64,000 nucleotides of DNA from contig MCFH01000013.1 in the NCBI GenBank assembly GCA_002104945.1, positions 558,001 through 622,000 on the forward strand, written 5' to 3'. The stretch is from Piromyces finnis finn (Eukaryota; Fungi; Neocallimastigomycota). The notes beneath the pieces are model-generated. The model worked only from the letters and a program-made list of their open reading frames with translations, was not told the DNA's origin and made no database searches. The position numbers were made by a program, and so were the translations under genes. Below, one piece after another: positions 54,087 to 64,000 of this stretch (the first letter of the stretch is position 1; every line of letters starts with the position of its first letter).

Positions 54087-54640
54087 ATTTAACCAAAAGT
54101 CACTTTATAATTTTTTATTTCTTTTTAATTTTTTCTTTTAAAAAAAAAAGTAAATTTTTTAAAATTAATTTTTTTTTTTTTTTTTCATTTACTAACCAAT
54201 AGAACAAAATATTTAATTTAATAATTATTAAGTATTCAAAATCTTTTAACTTTTCTATTAAATATCACAAAAAATACTCCAAAAAAAAAAAGATTGAATA
54301 GAATAATATCGATTACATTATGAATGACTTGAATTCGATTCAATTTAATATTATTTTTTTTTTTTATTTTATTTTAAAACTATAGGTTAAAATTTTCTTA
54401 TTACATATTTTTATTTATAATTATTTATAAGATTTCTTATATATAAAAAAAAAAAAAAAAAACAAATAAAACGATAGGATTATTATCAAAATAAAACTAT
54501 TAATAAATATTTATGAAAATAGTCTAGTATTGACTTTTCGATGTAATTATTTATTATACTATTATTACTGTTATTATTACTACTTTTTTTTTTTTTTTTA
54601 GTATTGATTATGTATTCATTTTATTATAATAATAATAATT

Positions 54641-58809
<4,169 letters not shown>

Positions 58810-61800
58810 TTTTAATTTAATTTTACTTTTTACTAAATATTATATTCGACATAAAATAACTTTTATTATTTTTCATGATTCTTTTTGTTTATTAGTAATA
58901 TTTTGAATAATAAAATAAATTTTGGAATTTATTATTGGTATTATTATTATCTTTTATTATCTTTATATTTTTTTTTGCTACTTTTTCTTTAATCGATAAT
59001 TCTAATTGATATTAAACAAAAAAAAAAGTCACATAATTTCATTTTTATATATATGTATTTATTTATATATTTATTATAATTATTGAAAATATTATAATTT
59101 GAATTTCTACTTTTGTTTTTTGTTTTGCTTTTGATTTAAATTAAATTTATATTAAATAATTAATTATTTCAATTTTTTAGATTTTTTTTTTTTTAATAGA
59201 ACAAAAGCTTTAAATTAACGTAAAAAAAATAATATAATAATTATATATTACAAAATTTTATTATATTATTATTTTATTTTCGGTTTTGTTTTGTTAGGAA
59301 AATAAGTTTCTTTAATAATTCATTATTGCTATTGAAATTATGTTTAAACCAATTAATTAAATTTTTTTTGAAATTAAAAATTAAAGATATTTACTAAACA
59401 CCTTTATCGACTCTAAAAATGTAAAATATAATTTATTGATTTCTTTTTTTTTTTAAAGAAAATATGAATTTTCAAAAGTTTGGAATATTAATGTTTTATT
59501 TCAAATAATTATTATTTAGGATTTAGTTTTTTTTGTTTATTTATTTATTTGCTTGTTGAAATTATTGCTTTTAGTTTATTTTATCTGTTTTTTTTTTTAA
59601 AAAAATATATATATATGTTGTGAAATATTATCACATTAATTATTCATTAAAATGGAATTAATCTATAATGTCTTTAAAAATATCATTAACATATAAAGAT
59701 TTGATTTAGAAAATTTTAATACTTTCAAATATATTTAGTAAAATATAAAATATATATATTAAAGATGAATTTATTTTTCTAATTCAATCAAAAATATAAT
59801 ACGAATTAACATAAAAATAATATGTCATTCTAATATTTACTAAATTTTTTTAAAAAAAAAAAAAAGATAATATTAATAAAGAAAAATAAATATAAAATTA
59901 GGTAATTTCAATAGAAATAAAATAAAATTGCACTACCAATCCCAATCTACAATTGGTAAATTTCTCTTTCTATATCCTAATCCTATGAATGATTTATTTG
60001 ATTTTATTTCTTTTATTCATTTATATTTTTAATATTTATTTATTTTATATTTATTTATTCATTTATATATAGTTTTGATATTTCAAATTGATATCAAACT
60101 ATAATAAGTTATTAGCAATATAATAGGTTAATAATATATTATTTAATTTTTATGTAATTAGTTATCATATATTAAAATAAATTAAAATATTGATGTAGGA
60201 CAAAAACCTATGGTTTTAAATATTATAAGAAATAAATACACCACTTTTTTATAATATAAAATTTTTAATATTATATTGTATTTTAATTTATATTTAATAT
60301 AATAATATATCTATAATATATAGTAATTTATCAATACAATACTTTAAATATTTCAAAAATTTATAATAAAAAGTATTAACAAATTAAATTTTACATTTAT
60401 CTATTTAATTATTATAAACTTTTTTTCTTTTGACTTAATTCACGATGGGCTATTCCGAACTCTAATTGTTTTTTAAAGTATTATTTTTTATATCTTTACA
60501 GTATTAAACATTAATATATTATATATTATTTAAAGAATTATTGATTAAATCTTATTTAAATAATTTATATCTATATAGAAATATAATTTGATTTTAGAAA
60601 ATTTAGGAAAAGTTTTATCTGTTTGATTTGCTGTTGTTGTTTTTCTCAAAATATTTTTCTTTTTCCAAAAGCTAAGCAGAAAAAGCTTAGTAGGTTTAAA
60701 ATAATATCAAATGGTATTATTTATATATTAGCCTCAATTAAATGTTATATATTATTTATAAATTAAAACATATAGTAATTAAATTAATTTTAAATAATAA
60801 TTAAGAAAAATTTTAATTATTATAAAAATTTTCTTTGTGTCACCTTTATTCTAATTAAAAATTATTAGGAAAACAATTTAAATTAGTATTGTTTTCTTTA
60901 TATTTTTTTAAAAAAAAAAATAAATTATTATGAGAATATTAATTAATAATGTAATTAATAATGTAATAAATAATGTACAAAAATTATGTAGATGTTAATG
61001 GAACATTCTATTAAACAAATAAAAAAGAAAAAAAAAATTGAGAAAGAATTATATTATCATTATGTAAAAGTGTTAAAAAGATATAACAAATAATAATAAA
61101 TTGTAAAATAAAACCATCAAATGTTAAAATTGCTTTAATAAAAATGAAATGTTAATTGTCATTGTTTTAATAAATAAAAACTTTTTTTATCAATTCATTT
61201 CCTATATTTATTTATTCATTTATTTATTCATTTATTTATTTATTTATTTATTTATTTACAACTTTAATGTACAATACATGATCATAATTCAATTTATTGT
61301 ATAATGTATGATTTATACATAATAAATTGAATTTAATTCTACCTTTTTTTTTCAGTTAATTTTTTTAAAATATAGCAAAACTATATAATTATTATATTGC
61401 AATGAAGTAATGATTTTCATATATATAGTAAATAAGAATAGTAATATCAGTTATAAAATCACAAAAGTAAATGTAAATATATATATATAAAGAAATTTTG
61501 GGGAAAATTCTTAAACAAAAAAAATTTTATAAACTACTTGGCACATGAAGAATTAAAAAAAAATATTAATTAGTATTAATATATATATTATTTTTTATAA
61601 TACTGTTTTTATACACAATAACATTAATAGAAATTCAAAAAAATTTAATAATAAATTTTCTTTGAGGATTTTATAATTAGTATTGCATTGTTATTACTAA
61701 TAAAGAAAAATAAAAATTTTCAAATGCCACTTTGAATTAATATATAAAACATAAAAGGATATCTATTTATTTTAATGGTAAACTTTTATATGAAAGAAAA

Positions 61801-62878
61801 TATGATCTTTTATAAAAATTACCACTTTTAAATAATATAATTTATCAAATTTTGAATTTATACACTATTAATAACTACACTAATTAATATTTTTAATAAT
61901 AAATAACATTTTCAATATCTTTTCTTTAATTATTTATTATGTTCTTACTTTAATAAAAAAAAACTATTATATATAATATATAACAATTTCTTATTTTTCT
62001 TTTAAAAAAAATGAATGACTTTCAAAGAATTTTTTATAGAGAATCCTTTTCATAAAATATAAGAATACTTTTTTTAATATTAAAAATTTAAAATATATAA
62101 TGTATATGTATGGGAATGGGAATACTTTTTTTATATACATAAAACCTATATTTCTTATAATTTAATAGTTATTACTTTTTTTCTTATTTTTTATAAATAC
62201 TTGTTTCATTATTCATATGTTATTCTAAATAATAATAATTATTAAGAGTAAATAGAATTGTCAAATAAAAAAAAAAGGAGTTAACCGAAAAGAACCAAAA
62301 GAAATATTCTATGTTTAGAATGTTTCCTTTATTTATACAAATTAATAAAAATTAAAATTAAAATTTATTAATTAATTAATTATTAATTAAAGTTCAAAAA
62401 AAAATAAATATAAATTAAATTGAAATTTTTTTTTTTTTTATCTATTTTTAATAGTGAAAAAGAAAAAAAGTAAAAACATTTCAAAAAAAACAAAAACTGA
62501 AAAAAAAAAAAAAAACATATCTATATTTATTTTATATTATTATTAAAATTCAACTAAAGGCTATAACATTAGCATACTTTTTTTTTTTTTACTTTAAACA
62601 TCGAAATATCGAAAATAATATTAAAGTGTATAAATTTATAAATTATATAAATTCAAATTTTAACAAATTTTCTTTTTTTAAACAATAAAATAATAATTAA
62701 TAAATAAAAATAATAATAAATAAATAAAAATAAAACAATATATAACAAACAATATATAACATAATATATACATTTCAATTTATCATTTTAATAATATTTT
62801 GTATAATTCACAATAATAATTTAATTAGTATTATTCATTTCAAAAATATTATAATAAAAAATAAAAATAAAAATAAAA

Positions 62879-64000
62879 ATGTCAACCGTTCAATTTCTTA
62901 TAGATAAAGCAACAAATAAAAAAAACGTTACTGAAAATTGGGCTACAATTATGGCCATTTGTGATAAAGCTAATTCAAAGTTAGTATATCTATATTAATA
63001 TATAATATTTTAAATTTAAAATAAGAAAAAGAAAAAAGAAAGAAAAAAAAATAATTTTCTAATAATATTTATGTACAATAATATTAATATATGTTTTTTT
63101 AAATAATATTTACATTTCATTTTTCTTAAAATTAAAATATAACCATTAGCGCTAGTGTAACAGTAAACTATTTAAAAAAGAAAATTGTTGATAGTAATAC
63201 TAATGTAAGATACAATTTATATTTTAGTATAAATGATACTTTACATATGTTAAAAATATTATAATTTAAATTTAATTTATAAAAATTTAACATATTAAAT
63301 ATGTTAATAAATTATGCTTATTCATATTCCAAATACTTAATATTGGATGTTTCTCATAATCTTTTTTATAATAACAATATTAATAAAAATATTTCTATGA
63401 ATCTACAATTTTATCATATAATAAAACAATACTATTATTTTATAAAGGTTGTATTATACGCTTTAACTGTAGCAGATGCTTTAGTAAAAAATTGTAATAT
63501 TGATGTTCATAGAGAAATTTCTTCAAGGTTTGTTATATATTAAAATATATCAATAATTCATAAATGTTAATAAATTAATTAATATCTGAACTATATAAAT
63601 ATATTGATAGAGGTTTTTTAGATTTATTGGTTAAACAACTTCAAAATAATGTAATTTCCATTTATTTATAATTATATATATATATATATGACTAGATATT
63701 TATAATAATAAATTTTATTATATTTTATCATCTATAATATATATTTCCAATAGAATGTTCATGAAATTGCCAAACAAAAGATATTATACTATATCAAACA
63801 ATGGAATAATGCTTTTTCAAAAGATCCAACCTTAAGGTAATTCCTAAATTTATACACCTTTTTTTTTATAATTATATGTATTAAATATATATTTTTTAAT
63901 ATTGTTGTTGGCGTCGTTGTTGTTAGTTATTGTAGCGAGGTTTATAACAAACTTAAAAGACAAAGTAGGTTTTTTTTATTCATAAAAATACAATATGTAT
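62879..64000 (+). CDS. HSE1: VHS-domain ESCRT-0 subunit Hse1/STAM, 5' part only (runs off the window)
   Basis: MSTVQFLIDKATNKKNVTENWATIMAICDKANS..KKKIVDSNTN|VVLYALTVADALVKNCNIDVHREISSR|GFLDLL..WNNAFSKDPTL|SYCSEVYNKLKRQ. This is a VHS domain with Hse1-type residues. Vps27/GGA is not fully excluded because the SH3/UIM region lies outside the window. Confidence 0.8.

Noticed and set aside
60668-60690. Hairpin ctaagc-agaaaaa-gcttag
   Set aside because: A 6-bp stem is expected by chance and there is no supporting RNA-gene context.

Overview
Eukaryotic, extremely AT-rich, intron-rich genomic DNA with GT-AG introns mostly 60-200 nt long and many (AAT)n, (TAAA)n and poly-A tracts. Composition, gene style and the LINE family suggest an anaerobic gut fungus (Neocallimastigomycota); this is inference. 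I reconstructed 13 spliced protein-coding genes by hand: MPE1/RBBP6 (+), exportin-5/MSN5 (-), an LRRC42-like LRR protein (+), a Lys/Glu-rich protein fused to a bacterial-type HemG flavodoxin (+), a multidomain RhoGEF with RGS-C1-HR1-RA-DH-PH order (-), a giant coiled-coil protein (-), an EST1/SMG5-7 family protein with a degenerate PIN domain (+), MED19 (+), an LRR+2xLIM protein (+), purine nucleoside phosphorylase (+), NOSIP (-), a cAMP-receptor-like 7TM receptor with an extra 4-TM module and a poly-Asn tail (-), and the 5' part of HSE1/STAM (+). A decayed LINE retrotransposon lies between MPE1 and XPO5. No tRNA, rRNA or CRISPR array was seen. The most striking items are the intron-containing bacterial-type HemG fusion (with an A11 frameshift), the predicted 11-TM GPCR fusion, the multi-input RhoGEF and the LRR-LIM fusion. 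All domain calls come from manual motif recognition and recalled consensus sequences, not database searches.
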